From: Octopus bimaculoides
Lineage: Eukaryota
Reading direction: 5' to 3'
Length of the DNA: 40,716 nt
Assembly (NCBI RefSeq): GCF_001194135.2
Contig: NC_068987.1
Span: 102,171,347-102,212,062, forward strand
In this document: in pieces, positions 1 to 12,635 of the stretch
Layout: the number at the start of each line of letters is the position of its first letter
How positions within the stretch are numbered: the first letter of the stretch is position 1
The notes under the pieces: model-generated
Told to the model about the DNA's origin: nothing
Databases searched by the model: none
Seen by the model: the letters and a program-made list of their open reading frames with translations, nothing else
Made by a program: the position numbers and the translations under genes

Positions 1-1186
1 ATATATAATATATATATATATATTAATTATTAATTTTTCTATATGTGATAGTGGATTTTCATCGATGAGTTCTTGAAAATTGGTTATTTTCCCTAAAACT
101 ATATATTTTATATATATATATATACACATACGAACATACATTTACTTATATGCATATATTTATTACATATATAGGAATATTTACGCAACGCATAGACAAT
201 TTACGTACACTTACCACTTACCATTAATCACGCAAAGTAACGCGCACCCACACACGCGGACGTACACTCGCCCACATGATCGCGTGCATGCACACTTCCA
301 TTTACTGCTCAAGTTCAGGGTAACAAAGAATTTGACTCCGCTTTCAATTATTAAATCAGCGTTCGCAATGTACTGAAAGATGATACCCAGCAACGTCACA
401 CTTAGTCGTATATTGGAAAGCATATTGGGGCAGGAATATCATTCTAGTCCCATTTCATTGTAATTGCCTCATCAGTTCTTGAAACACTGCCGGAGATTCA
501 GACAGCAGGAGACTTACCCTCACTCACTGTCAGCGCACGTTACAACACGAAAGTATTTTCTTGTCGTCCCCATTGAATGATTATGAAGCTAGCGTTCATA
601 ATCACTGTCAGTGTATATATCTCATTTCCAAAAGTTAATAGTATCTAGTCAGAATTAATGCCTTATGCACAACTCTCTTCATACTGATGGCCAAAGTTTT
701 GTAGGCAATGCTGATAACACGGCGCAAATAGAGTCGCGATGATGAAGAAATATCTTGTGTGCTCTTGGGCTCATTATCATTCTGCGATTACCCTCATTTC
801 CTCGTCGCAAGTCTGTTTTGTACCGTAAAGTTTCTCATTTAAGTATTTATTCCAAAAACTCTGATGTGGTGAGCGCCTTTAGTACCGTTCTTAATTTGTG
901 TATTTTGTCCGTGTCTGTGGTTTTGTTGAACGTTTCTTGTGAACATTCTGGAGATTTCTATGTGATTTTAACTCATCTGTAATCCAAATGACGGTAACTC
1001 ACGTAGATGGATCAGTTTGAAACTCTCTCATAAGCAATCTTTCTACTTTGACTTCGTTTTAAACCTTCCAGTTCAATATTAGAAAAAATATTCTACTTTT
1101 TTGAAAGAGGCTATCATAATTATATCCAGTGGTTAAAACCTAATCTGTTAAAGGCTGTATATATTTTTGGAACAAGCTGCTTATAA

Positions 1187-1217
<31 letters not shown>

Positions 1218-1310
1218 TGCATGTATGTATGTATGTATATATGTAAATATGTATGCATGCATGCATGTAAGTATGTGCGTGTGAGTGACACCTATTCATG
1301 CATACATATA

Positions 1311-1363
<53 letters not shown>

Positions 1364-1459
1364 NNNNNNNNNNACAGCATACATACATGCATACATACGA
1401 ATATTGATACACAAACCTGTATATATAGTGCTAGCTAGCTTGATAGATAGATAGATAGC

Positions 1460-1504
<45 letters not shown>
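1187..1504. repeat. Microsatellite cluster (ATGT)n, (TA)n, (CA)n, (GATA)n
   Basis: Directly visible. Representative of many similar di- and tetranucleotide tracts (e.g. 7065-7200, 8605-8678, 12280-12335, 13500-13620, 26396-26472, 31415-31585). Confidence 0.95.
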
Positions 1505-1507
<3 letters not shown>

Positions 1508-1835
1508 GTCTTTTAATCTGGGATAGTCATTCTATTGTTACTGTGAGTTTCGCCTCTGAGTACACAAGACTTTCGAGTGAGTTATGTGCCCGGAGTTCTT
1601 GTCACGTAAAATGTAAGTATCATTCATCTCAACTATAAGGCAACAGCAATGTCCAGCAATCATGATGTCGATATTTTGATATCCAGTGCCAGTCATCATA
1701 ATACAAGTGGCATTTTTCTTAAGTTCAGATAGCTCCAGTCCTCCATGCAGGTCAACTTGATACCGAGAAGGTATCTTATTAGTACTTTGATATTATTCAG
1801 ATATGGCGAATCATATAGAGATATTTAAGACCACA

Positions 1836-1892
1836 GTTGTGCTCCAGCATGACTGCAGCCGCACGGCTGAAGCAAATAAACGAATAAAAGAA
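1836..1892 (+). mobile_element. Isolated family A-type 3' tail
   Basis: GTGCTCCAGCATGACTGCAGCC...GGCTGAAGCAAATAAA matches the family A terminal motif. A shorter echo is at ~2008-2035. Confidence 0.45.
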
Positions 1893-2437
1893 TATGTATA
1901 TATAAAGATACAAACATACAATATTAATATATTTTATATAGTTATTTATATATATGTGTGCAGCCACATATACACCTCAAATTCACATTCACATAAACAT
2001 ATACATACGGTGCTTTAGCATGGCCACAGCCTTTCGCCCGAAATGCATTAACGAACAAACGAATATACATATATGAATACATCCGAAGTGATTCGTAGAT
2101 ATTACATTATCATTCATGCAAGGGTTTCCTACATATCGGTAAATTTTAATTCCGTAGCGATTTTTCGGAGTTAAATTACATAACATATAGAATCTAGTAT
2201 ATACGTATGTCTGAACATATAGATCCATATTAAGAAGCTAGGATAGGTAAATTAATAAAAATGCATAGCAACACATATATTAAAATATCAATGCATATAT
2301 CTTTCTGTGCGTCTTAGTGTATATGTATGCAAGACTGTGAAGGCATAGAAACTTATATATTTTGGATTTGTTTTACATTTTTGTCTCAATCGATTCACCG
2401 TTGTCTCACTGTATGGGCGTAAGCATATGCAGTGAGT

Positions 2438-2472
<35 letters not shown>

Positions 2473-3416
2473 TCCTGTGGCCTTTAGAATATTGTTGGCG
2501 TTGACGAGTACAAAACATTACAATTTTCTATGGATCGTTTGTGTTTGCGAATATAGACAACTGAGAAAAAGTGCTTGGGGCATCAGTGCTACCAGATGAT
2601 AATAGTCATCGAATATAAAATCTCTGCGTATAGCAGCAGTAGTAACATCAGCATGATTCCTTCGATATGTGCATACTACAACCAAATGTCCGGCACATAT
2701 TCGATCTCTGTCTCTTTATTGTTTATTTGTGGAATTTTGTACAACAGCCGTTGTCATTTGCTGGACGAATCTGTTCATCAGCAGAGATGGTTATCATGAG
2801 AATACTGACGGATATTCTGTACTGCATGACATTTTCCCATCAAAATATTGACGAAGGCAAGCAAAAGAATTAAAACAGTCCAAAATGGCTTATCCTAGAT
2901 TGCAAATACGTTCGGAGGAGTAGTCCAGATGTTTATTATCACATATTAAACACTGACATATTAAATATACGTTGTCTTGCAATTTCTATTTGCATGAAAG
3001 GAAGTAGGAATATATATGCCTGGAATATTTCCTACATAGATCAAAGCATTAATTCCCAAGCAGAATGGCTTCAAGAAGTGGAAAATATAAACAATTCCCA
3101 AATTGGTTTTAATATCGTTTTCGTTTTATTGAAAACTTGAGGAATTCACACGTAAATTTCTAGACGAAAAGCTATGCAATGCACAAATATACACTAGTAT
3201 ACTAAATATATGTATATCTCCCATATCCTGAATAATACTGTATATAATAGTACCGCTTTTACTTTAAATTCTTACTCATTAATTTTCAGAATTTTATACT
3301 GAAGAGAAAATTTTGAATCGGTAAATACCAGAAATTTTCGAAAAGGTGTTTTGGAAAGTTACGTGGCTGAAATTTACTAACAACTGTGTGGTTGAAACTT
3401 ACTTAAAGTCTATTAT

Positions 3417-3612
3417 CAGGCGTGATTGTGTGGCAGAAAGCTTGCTTCACAACCACATAGATCCAGGTTCAGACCCACTGCGTGGCACCTTGGGCTAGTG
3501 TCTTCTACTATAACCTCGGGCCAACATGAGCCTTTTGAGTGGATTTGGTAGACGGAAACTGACAGAGGCCCATCGTGTATACGTATACAAACACAGACAC
3601 ACAAACACACAC

Positions 3613-3654
<42 letters not shown>

Positions 3655-3852
3655 GTGTGTGCATGCGTTTGTCCTACCCACTCCTTGACAACCGGTGTTA
3701 CTGTGTTTGCGTCCCCATAATTTACTCTTTCGGCAAAATAAGTACTAGGCTTTAAAAAAAATACTGGATTCGATTCATTCGACTAGAATTCTTCAAGACG
3801 GTGCTCTAGCATGGCCATAAACGAATGACCGAAACAAGTAAAAGATAAAAGA
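3417..3852 (+). mobile_element. SINE family A, full length (tRNA-like head, body, internal microsatellite, 3' module)
   Basis: B-box-like GGTTCAGACCC (3466-3476); body CACCTTGGGCTAGTGTCTTCTACTATA; (CA)/(TA)/(TG) at ~3578-3665; tail GGTGCTCTAGCATGGCC...GAAACAAGTAAAAGA. Homologous to five other copies in the window. Confidence 0.85.
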
Positions 3853-4743
3853 TTAAAGAAGATAAGCGATAAATAAATAAAAAATCAGATAAATTTCACT
3901 CAGAGAAATTAGAAGGAAGTTTGAAAATATTTCGTTCTCTTTAGAACAGTATCTTCCGAATTTTGTTTTGAATATATGATGAATAAGAGATTTATCAACA
4001 ATTGAAAAGAATTTCAGAGCAGTAATTATCCTTGTATATAAAACTGGACATTCAGGTAAATAAGTAGAGGTTGTGACACGTCGATATGTTCCATGGTCAC
4101 CCGTCAAGCATTACTGTCAAGTATCACGCAACACAGTTAATGTCACACATGAATATGTTACATTACAATTGTCACTTCAAACAAACAAATCTATGTTACA
4201 GTGATGTAAATATCTTATCTATACCTTTATTAATATTCCGTGCCGTTGAGCTTTTGTGTTTCTGCTGTAGTTGCTTTCCGTTGTAATTGCTTTTTTATAT
4301 GGATTTCTTCTTTATACACTGCTTTTTATTGTTTCTTTTCATTTCATATATTCCGCCTCATCTTTATACAGTTCCAGTTACAGCTACTGGTGCTGCTACT
4401 GCTGCTACTGCTGCCGTTTCTGATGCTAATACTACTACAAAAAATATCTACTACTATTGCATAACTGTGAGTTGGTAATTAATAATCACAGAAAAATATT
4501 TGCTTTCTCCATAAATAACTGTTAATATTGAGGAAATTACAATGAAGAAAATCGAAAGTAATTATGTGAAAGTTGTAACTAATCAATAAATTTATTTGTA
4601 AAACATTATTGCTTTTTGCTACACATAAATGATGTACAGAAAATGTTCTCAAAAATGACTGATTCGCAACCACGGGGTCAGAAATCTCACAAATGTAACA
4701 CAAAACAAAACATGGCTTGGAAGATATATTTCACATGCAACCA

Positions 4744-4965
4744 ATAATCCTTTCTACTAAAGGCACAAGGCTTGAAATTTAGCGGGAGGGAATTAGTTGA
4801 TTACATCCACCCAGTGTTTCTCTGGTACTTAATTTATCGAGCGCGAATTGATAAAAGTCACCGTCGACATCGACGGAATTTGAACTCGGAACGTAGCAGC
4901 AGACGAAATACCGCTAAGCATTTCGCCCGGCGTGCTAACAATTCTGCTTTCACATTCTGTCTTAA
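4744..4965 (-). mobile_element. SINE family B
   Basis: Reverse complement of the head at 40014-40110 (TTAGCACGCCGGGCGAAATGCTTAGCGGTATTTCGTCTGC...GTTCCGAGTTCAAATTCCG), with tail CCTTGTGCCTTTAGTAGAAAGGATTAT. Confidence 0.85.
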
Positions 4966-5049
4966 CGCTGCCTTCACATGCAGCAAATAATACCAAATAA
5001 AAGTATAATGACACAAGAAAAAAAGACTGAAACATGCGTCATTCGATCC

Positions 5050-6075
5050 TTAATTACTTCGAATTTCCTGCGTGCAACTACAAGGTTGGACTTGCAAGAA
5101 ACATGTCACCAGAATAAATAGCTGGAACTTGATAAATAGGAAAACAATTGAAAGAAAAAGATACGATTCTTCAAGAATAGCAAATAAAGTACAAAGAATA
5201 TAATTTGAGACTGGTAAATACTTTTGGGTACCATGGTGGTATAATCTACATATGAAATGAAGTTACCACGAAATGCATGTATAATATTTAAAGAGAAAAC
5301 AACCCGGATCTAAAAGTAACTGTAAACCATATCAGTCAAGGATACGTAAAATTGTATATGCTCAAAACCAAAAAATATCAGATTAGTAATAGACTATGGT
5401 AAAGAATACAGAACAAAGCAAGAAATAAAACCAAAGATTAAATAAATATATGTAAAAAAAAAGAAAAGTAATATAAGCCAACATAAAATCCATCAAGTTC
5501 ACAATCTTGAGAGTTAAAATCACAAAAGGCAGACCCAAAGCTAGCAAAATAAAAGACGAGACAGAAAAATTAAAATAATATCATAGCCAGAGAACACCGG
5601 AAAAGAAAATTTGATCCAAAGCCACATAAATGAAAATGTGAATAAAACGAAATATGAGATAATCTTTAGAAAATAATAAAGATGGATATTCTGAATATGA
5701 CAGAAAGTTGGGAATAAGTTAAATGAATAAAATACACCAAGAATTTACAGCGACAGGAAGACTGAGGCTTATCGATGAGATATTTAACCGAAGACAGCTA
5801 CAAAAACAAATGTCGCCGAATTACAACCGGCGACAGCATACTGATAAAAGCAATGGCAGAAATAGCACGGTATATAGATCTGAAAATAGAGATAACCCAA
5901 ATTTGAAGACTGGAAACCAAAAATACAGCTACTGAAAAACAGGAGCCTTGACAATGATTAAAACCTATATAAATAAACATACAGCCAACAACTCCAGGAT
6001 TTGAACACCTACACATAAAAGAGAAAATAGCAGCATTGCTAAGCGCTGTAGAGTACTCACAAGCACAAATAAATA
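5050..6075 (+). mobile_element. Degenerate R4/Dong-like (restriction-like endonuclease) non-LTR retrotransposon 3' part
   Basis: A-rich sense strand. 5871-5970 reads YIDLKIEITQI*RLET..[frameshift]..TGALTMIK, followed by ..PG......IAALL, matching the recalled RLE C-terminal pattern KY.DL.IEI.rmW.l.T...vGALG.ik...PG...QK.aLl. The upstream boundary is uncertain. Confidence 0.55.
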
Positions 6076-6107
6076 ATTCAGAGAAAGAAATTGGAAGAGA
6101 GATAAGA

Positions 6108-6117
6108 CGACGATGAT

Positions 6118-6178
<61 letters not shown>

Positions 6179-6200
6179 GTTGCTGCTGCTGCTGCTGCTG

Positions 6201-6247
<47 letters not shown>

Positions 6248-6263
6248 GTTGCTGCTGCTGCTG

Positions 6264-6305
<42 letters not shown>

Positions 6306-6530
6306 ATGCGGATCCTACCGCTACCGCTAATGATGATGATGATGATGACGAAGACGATGATGTGAACCATGATGACGATGATGATGATGGCAATGATGAT
6401 GGCAATGATGATGATGATGATAAGACTCCTGATAGCGTTACTACTTTTTCTTCTATCCAGTTCTCATTCCCTTTGTTATCCCTCCTCCTCCCTCTTCTTT
6501 TCTTCTTCTTCTTCTTCTTCTTCTTCTTCT
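6108..6530. repeat. Compound trinucleotide array (ACT/GCT/GAT/CTT)
   Basis: Runs of (ACT)n, (GCT)n, (GAT)n and (CTT)n are directly visible. Confidence 0.95.
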
Positions 6531-8026
6531 CGTTTTTTCTTTAGTCGGTTTTATCATTCGCCGGTCTCGTCTACAACTTGTTCTACTCGAAGCTTACACA
6601 ACACATCAATCCTGCTACGTAAACCCACCCCTTCTGAAAAAGAAAAGTTAAAAAAAAGGAGAATAAAACTTAGAAAGCTACAAATATCTCGCTAGACATT
6701 GATTCATTGCATGTAGAAGCTCGTACATATCTACTGCCAGATCCACTTGGCATTATTTTCTCGTATCTTCCTCCTATTTTCAGCGCATATTTCTTGCTTA
6801 ATTAAGTTTAATCTACGTTGACATTACATCCTATGTTATGTCGTGGTGCTGATTTCCATATTGCTTCCCGGCGCAACAAGTTCACACCAGAAACGTCACA
6901 GCCATTAGACTCACCTTCATCATCATCATCATCGTCGTCATCGTTGACATAGTAGTTGTCGTCATTCTTGTCATCGTCGCAGTTGTTGTTTCGTTGTCAT
7001 CGAATTCGTCTTCATTAACATCATGTATAGAATGTGCAAATATTAACATTAAACAGAACGCACCACACACACACACATACAAACACGAGCACACATACAC
7101 ACACACACACACACATACACACACGCACGCAAACACACACTCATGCACATGCGCACACACATACACACACACTAACACACACACATACACACAAACATAA
7201 CACATACGTACAAAATTTAAGAATGTGAGTAACTAGCATGGACTTTCTATAAGTAAAATGTTAGGATTGTTTTTGATCTGAGCGAAAATATCTGGAGAAT
7301 CTGTTTCAAGATTGGAAAATATTTATCATTTATGTATTCTATATTAATATGCATAAAGAAAAGTAGCGAAATTTGTCTTTCAAATGAAAAACTTTTGTTA
7401 TTGATCAAAGGATTAAATTTTGTCTACGAAATTAATGGAGGTTACTGCGTGTATAAATATGAGTTATTGTATATGAATTCAGGTGAAAATGCTACGATTT
7501 CTGTATGAAATAAGTCATCACTAAATATTGTAAAATCAAATGAATTTGTCTAAGAACATATTATTTATTAATGAATAATATTCAAATGCAGACACACCAT
7601 CTGTGTAATATTCAATTGATTAAAATAACCAGACAATACTGAAATGATGACGCGCGCTTGTGCGAGCAGAAACATATCTACGTCTAAGATTTGAACCATT
7701 TTGTAATAACTCATTTTGAGACTACAGTTTTTCACATTTCAAAGAAAACTATTTTGATTATGCAAATGATTCTACAATAATGTCATTGCTCTTTCTATAC
7801 AGGAAGTTGTTGGAAGTCACTCACCCTACCATGCAAAAATTTTGCCAAGATTTAATTTATTTCTTTTATTGGATCATTCTCTACACGTGTCTTGCCATTT
7901 TACATTTCAATTTTTACCTTTACTCAATATATCTCACAATAATTCGTACATTAATCACGGTGGGAAATATCATAAATTGGATGTTAGTGTCTTGCAGCTT
8001 TCTCCTTATGGTTTTATGTTCAAATA

Positions 8027-8102
<76 letters not shown>

Positions 8103-8603
8103 CATATATGTATTTGTATTTAGATAGCTAGTTGTAAATATATGTGTATATGTATGCGTAAGTATGAACACATACGCACGCCTCTAGCTCACATACATGC
8201 ATTAAAAATTAAACGATAAGCTATTTGAGACAAACAAAATTAATTATTATATTGATACAAACACTAATTTTAAGTCAAAAACCGAGAGACATTCTTGTTT
8301 ATATGGTATATTGCACGCGTGAATTCATAAGTTATTCATATTGCTTTGGTTAATTATCGTTGAGATCTTAGAAAAGCGATATGATACATTAAGCATTAGC
8401 ACGTCGCCTGATCGACAGTGTTAAGTTGCTGAAGAATTATGTGTTAAGCAAAATTTATGCTGCAGAAGTTAAAAGTACAACTTAGCGCAATAAAGCTATA
8501 TATTAATATGCAATTTCAGAAATATTTGAAAGCAAGCTCACTCAGACATAACCCGTGAAAACTTTTTTCAGTCGGACAAGATTTATGAGTCCTTCTATGT
8601 GTG

Positions 8604-8678
<75 letters not shown>

Positions 8679-8956
8679 NNNNNNNNNNATCACATAAGCA
8701 CAGATGCATATAATCGAGACGTGCCACATTTCTGCAAACTGCCAAACTCGGTTAAAGTTTCGGCAACGATCTTCATTACTTGTGAATAATGTTGACGTAA
8801 ATAATGTTGCTGTATCTAAAATACTCACCACATTTAATGCACGAAATAAGAACCCTCGAATAAACTTCATAAGAGTTCATATCTTCGAATATTCATCGTA
8901 TTGTTGCACAACAATTTTTGTGTTCTGATATACCTGTATTAAAATCTACGAATATA

Positions 8957-9864
8957 TTGGGTTGGCAACTAAGTTCCCGCCGTTTTTTCTTTAATTTAAA
9001 TTTTTTAAAAGGTTTAAAAAACAACTAATTAATCAATAATGTATTCATCCTTGTTGTTTACAACTTCTTCCCAACGTTCAACAAGATTTTCAATACCTCG
9101 ATGGTAGAAATCACCCGATTTCGATTCGAAAAATTAACCCAACCAAGCTCTCAATTCTGCATCAGTATTAAACGAAACTCCGCGCATAACATTTGAAAGA
9201 GATCCTATGGTGGAAATCCTATGGTGCCAAATCAGGAGAGTACGGTGGGTGTGGCAGCCCTTCCCAGCCACGCATTTGAATGGCTTCCTTGGTCATATTG
9301 GTGATATGAGGGCAAGCATTGTCATGCAGAAGAACTCCATGCTGCCAACTAGGTCTTTTCTCTTGAATAGCCTTGCTGAGTCGTTCCATCTGTTGAACAT
9401 AGAGTTCCGCGTTGACCGTTTGGTTCCGTTCAAGGAATTCGTAATGGATAATCCCTTCCCAGGCCCACCATACTCACAGCGTCGTTTTACGCGGATGAAG
9501 ATCTTGTTTCACGCGCGGTGTCGCTTGTTTACCAGGCCTTAGCCATTCCTTACGCTGCTTCATATTGCTATACAAGTACCATTTTTCGTAGGCTGTAACG
9601 ATTCGGTAAAGAAATCGTTGCTTGTGTTCATGAGTTGAGCGGTGACGAGCAAGCAAACCAGCAAAGATTGTGGCTCGTTGAATTTTGTTCTTGTCACTTA
9701 AAGAATGCAGAACTCATGCTCCATACCTTTGAACCTTTCCCATCGAGTGAAGATGCTTCTTTATAGCAGTGTGGGAACATTCCATTTTCTCTGCCAGTTC
9801 CCTTGTCGTTTGACGAGAATTTTCGCGCAAACGTTGGTTTAATCGCTCTTCATTGAACTCAACC
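8957..9864 (-). mobile_element. Mariner (Tc1/mariner, mellifera-like) transposon, 5'-truncated, transposase pseudogene
   Basis: TA at 8955-8956 then ITR TTGGGTTGGCAACTAAGT. The minus strand translates to mariner motifs RQTTRELAEKM, GA*VLH (WVPH), RIVTAYEKW (TGDEKW with the catalytic D lost), HDNACPH, GWEGLPHPPYSPDLAP and ERWEEVVNNKDEYIID* (stop at 9029-9031). Confidence 0.92.
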
Positions 9865-9998
9865 AAATCTACTCACAAAGCTTTGGTAGGCCCGGGGCTA
9901 TGGAAGAAACCACTTGCCCAAGGTGCTACGCAGCAGGTCCGAACCCAGAAACATGTGGTTGGGAAGCAAGCTTCTTACCACAGAACAACTTCTGCGTC
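9862..9998 (-). mobile_element. SINE family A, head/body only, fused to the mariner
   Basis: Minus strand reads GTGGTAAGAAGCTTGCTTCCCAACCACATG...CACCTTGGGCAAGTG...GCTTTGTGAGTAGATTTGGT, homologous to 3420-3550. Confidence 0.85.
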
Positions 9999-10185
9999 TG
10001 TTTCAAGCATTTCAAAGGTCTTACCAAAAATTTCAGAACAGTTCAAAAAAATTCCAGCTCTGCAGGAAAATATATTCAATGTGCGTGTAAAGAAATTCCT
10101 TCGTATATAATTTATGTCGAGCGAAACATTTTGAGAAAGTAGATCATTCCTTAAGTTTCATAAATTGGTTTAAAAATCCAAGTTT

Positions 10186-10291
10186 AACTTCGCCTTTCCT
10201 CCTTTCATGGTCGATAAAATAAGCACCAGTTGATATTGGGGTCCACGCAACCGAACACCCAAATTGCTGTCCTTGTGCCAAAATTTGAAAC
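10186..10291 (+). mobile_element. SINE family B 3' fragment
   Basis: TTCGCCTTTCCTCCTTTCATGGTCGATAAAATAAGCACCAG...GTCCTTGTGCCAAAATTTGAAAC. Confidence 0.65.
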
Positions 10292-11201
10292 AATTAAATT
10301 AGTTTAAAATGTAAAAATTAAGGATTTCTCTGACGAGTGCAATTTACAAGATCTAGAAACTCATACACATTAATCAATAGGTACAGTGTAAATAGAAAAC
10401 GATAGCCCTTCGAAAATATCAAGGAGAGCGATATAGAAAGCCTACTTCTTCCAGCTATTAAACATAAACCCACTAAATGACAAGTATCATAGCTTTTGAA
10501 ACAAAATTCGTCTCGAAATTTCCTCACTGTATCACACGCATCTAACTTTACAGAATCCAAAGCTAACTTTTACACATCTACATTTAACCTGGGAACGTCA
10601 AATATTCATAGCATGTATTGCACTTCTTTGTTCACTATTGACTATCCAAAAGATCACAAATACAAGCCCAAGCACCACATGCATTGCATTGCGTAGAAGA
10701 CGATAGATGTTGTTTTGATATGTCGGTCTTGCAGCTAATGTCATTGATTAAATTCCAGTCCCTTTTGTAGGCAAATGGAAAGCAGTGATAATTCTGCTTT
10801 GAAGTAAATTTTTAGATAAAATTTGAAATGAGTAATTAGAATACAGAATGGAATATACTTCACATAACAGACTGCGGATTCATAGACAGAAAATCTGCCG
10901 CCATGTTTACATTTGATATATGTGTAACATTTTATGAACATACCACTCCTAAAAAGCTGTTCAATAGAAATACCCACTTAACGACAAAACATCAGGATGT
11001 TTAAACCACTATGGTACCACTACAGTACGTGAATCAATCCATCAATGACTCTCAATATATACTTTGTTTTATAGACCTATTCACTGAATATTTTCCATAG
11101 TTACATTATTACATTACAGCACACATTATCCCCTTCTCGACTTTTTATTGGAATAAAATTGTCCTTTGTGTACAGATTTATTTCAATATTAATCTAAAAG
11201 T

Positions 11202-11397
11202 TTAAGGCAGCCAACTGACAGAACCGTTAGTAGGCTGTGGAAATTGTGTAGCAACATTTCGCCCGTCATTACGTTCTGAGTTTCATCTCCAGCAAGGTCA
11301 TCTTTGCCTTTCATCGCTCCAGGATCGATAAAGGAAATACCAATAGAGCATGAGCACTTGGGTCGATGTAACCGACTTTCCCCCATCCCGCGAAACC
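11202..11397 (+). mobile_element. SINE family B, degenerate
   Basis: TAAGGCAGCCAACTGACAGAACCGTTAG...TTACGTTCTGAGTT...CTTTGCCTTTCATC...GGGTCGATGTAACCGACT. Confidence 0.75.
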
Positions 11398-12272
11398 AAT
11401 ATTAATCTTACAACGTCAGCGATATTCACACTATTTTGTAGTTAATATCAACTAGCCTTTTTCTTCAGAAAAAAAGATACGTTTTTTTATATATATATTT
11501 TTATTTCACACCCGTCATTAAATCACAACTACATATAAATTCTATTGTTTTTCACACAACCCTAATACCTAATACGTCAGCTCTCCTCAAAATACAAAGC
11601 CATATTATTTTTACTGTTAATTTTCAAAGCAATTAGCAATCGTTACTTTACATTCTTTAATTATAAGCCTATTTACTCCCTCCAGTGTAATTATGTTCAT
11701 AAATCCCTCCCATACATTTCACGGTCTTCTTTGTACTAATAATATATCACTTTTTACAAACATATAATTAGAGATATGTAGGCTTTTATAAGCAAATAGT
11801 GATTGAGCTATCGTTTTCATTTAATTAACAGATCATCCACATCTTGAATTTCTGCAGTTGCTGCAAAATGTACAAAGTTCTTTCTGAAGTTTTTGGTAAT
11901 CTAGCTTCCTCTCTCTCTTCATATAGTGTTACATTGTTATCTTGTGACCCATCAACTTTTGGGAACTTTTTCTTCTGGCAACATTTTTCGGTGATTTTTT
12001 TTTACAGGTAGCATTTCCCGAAGGCTTAAGTATCTGAAATGTTCACCGAGAATACTTACATATCAAGAAAGTTTAAATTGTAAAATATTCAATAAATATT
12101 TTTTCTCCTATTACATTATTCGCACACATGCACACTCACACGCACAGACACACTCACGAAAAAACGCAGACACACACACGCACACACATACTGACACATA
12201 TTTATGTACAAACGAATACATATATAATACATATATGTATTGTGTGGGGGATCTGAGAGTATAAGTGTGTTT

Positions 12273-12313
<41 letters not shown>

Positions 12314-12635
12314 TGTGTGTGTGTGTGTGTGTGTATTAATGAAGCTAATCTGAACTCTTTTACACGGAAATAACTATGTAAAGAGTATGAATGGACACTT
12401 TTTCCCTGATATGCTTCCTCCATCCCTAGCCACAACCTATGTTACTTCCAACGCGAAAAGGTCCCTGCATATTGAAGTCAACATACTAGAATCACATCGT
12501 GTTGCCTGGAATTAGGAATGCAGCCATTTGAAAACGTAGTTTCACAGACTGACACACAGACTGTTTCGGCCAAAGTGTGTCCCAAGTTATATCTAACTGT
12601 ATAGTATCACATCAAATTATCTGTTAAAGTCATTT

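Noticed and set aside
10025-10059. Minus-strand 35-nt exon-like segment (AGIFLNCSEIF)
   Set aside because: Splice-like ends are present, but its phase cannot follow the 14264 candidate without a stop, and it is too short to assess.
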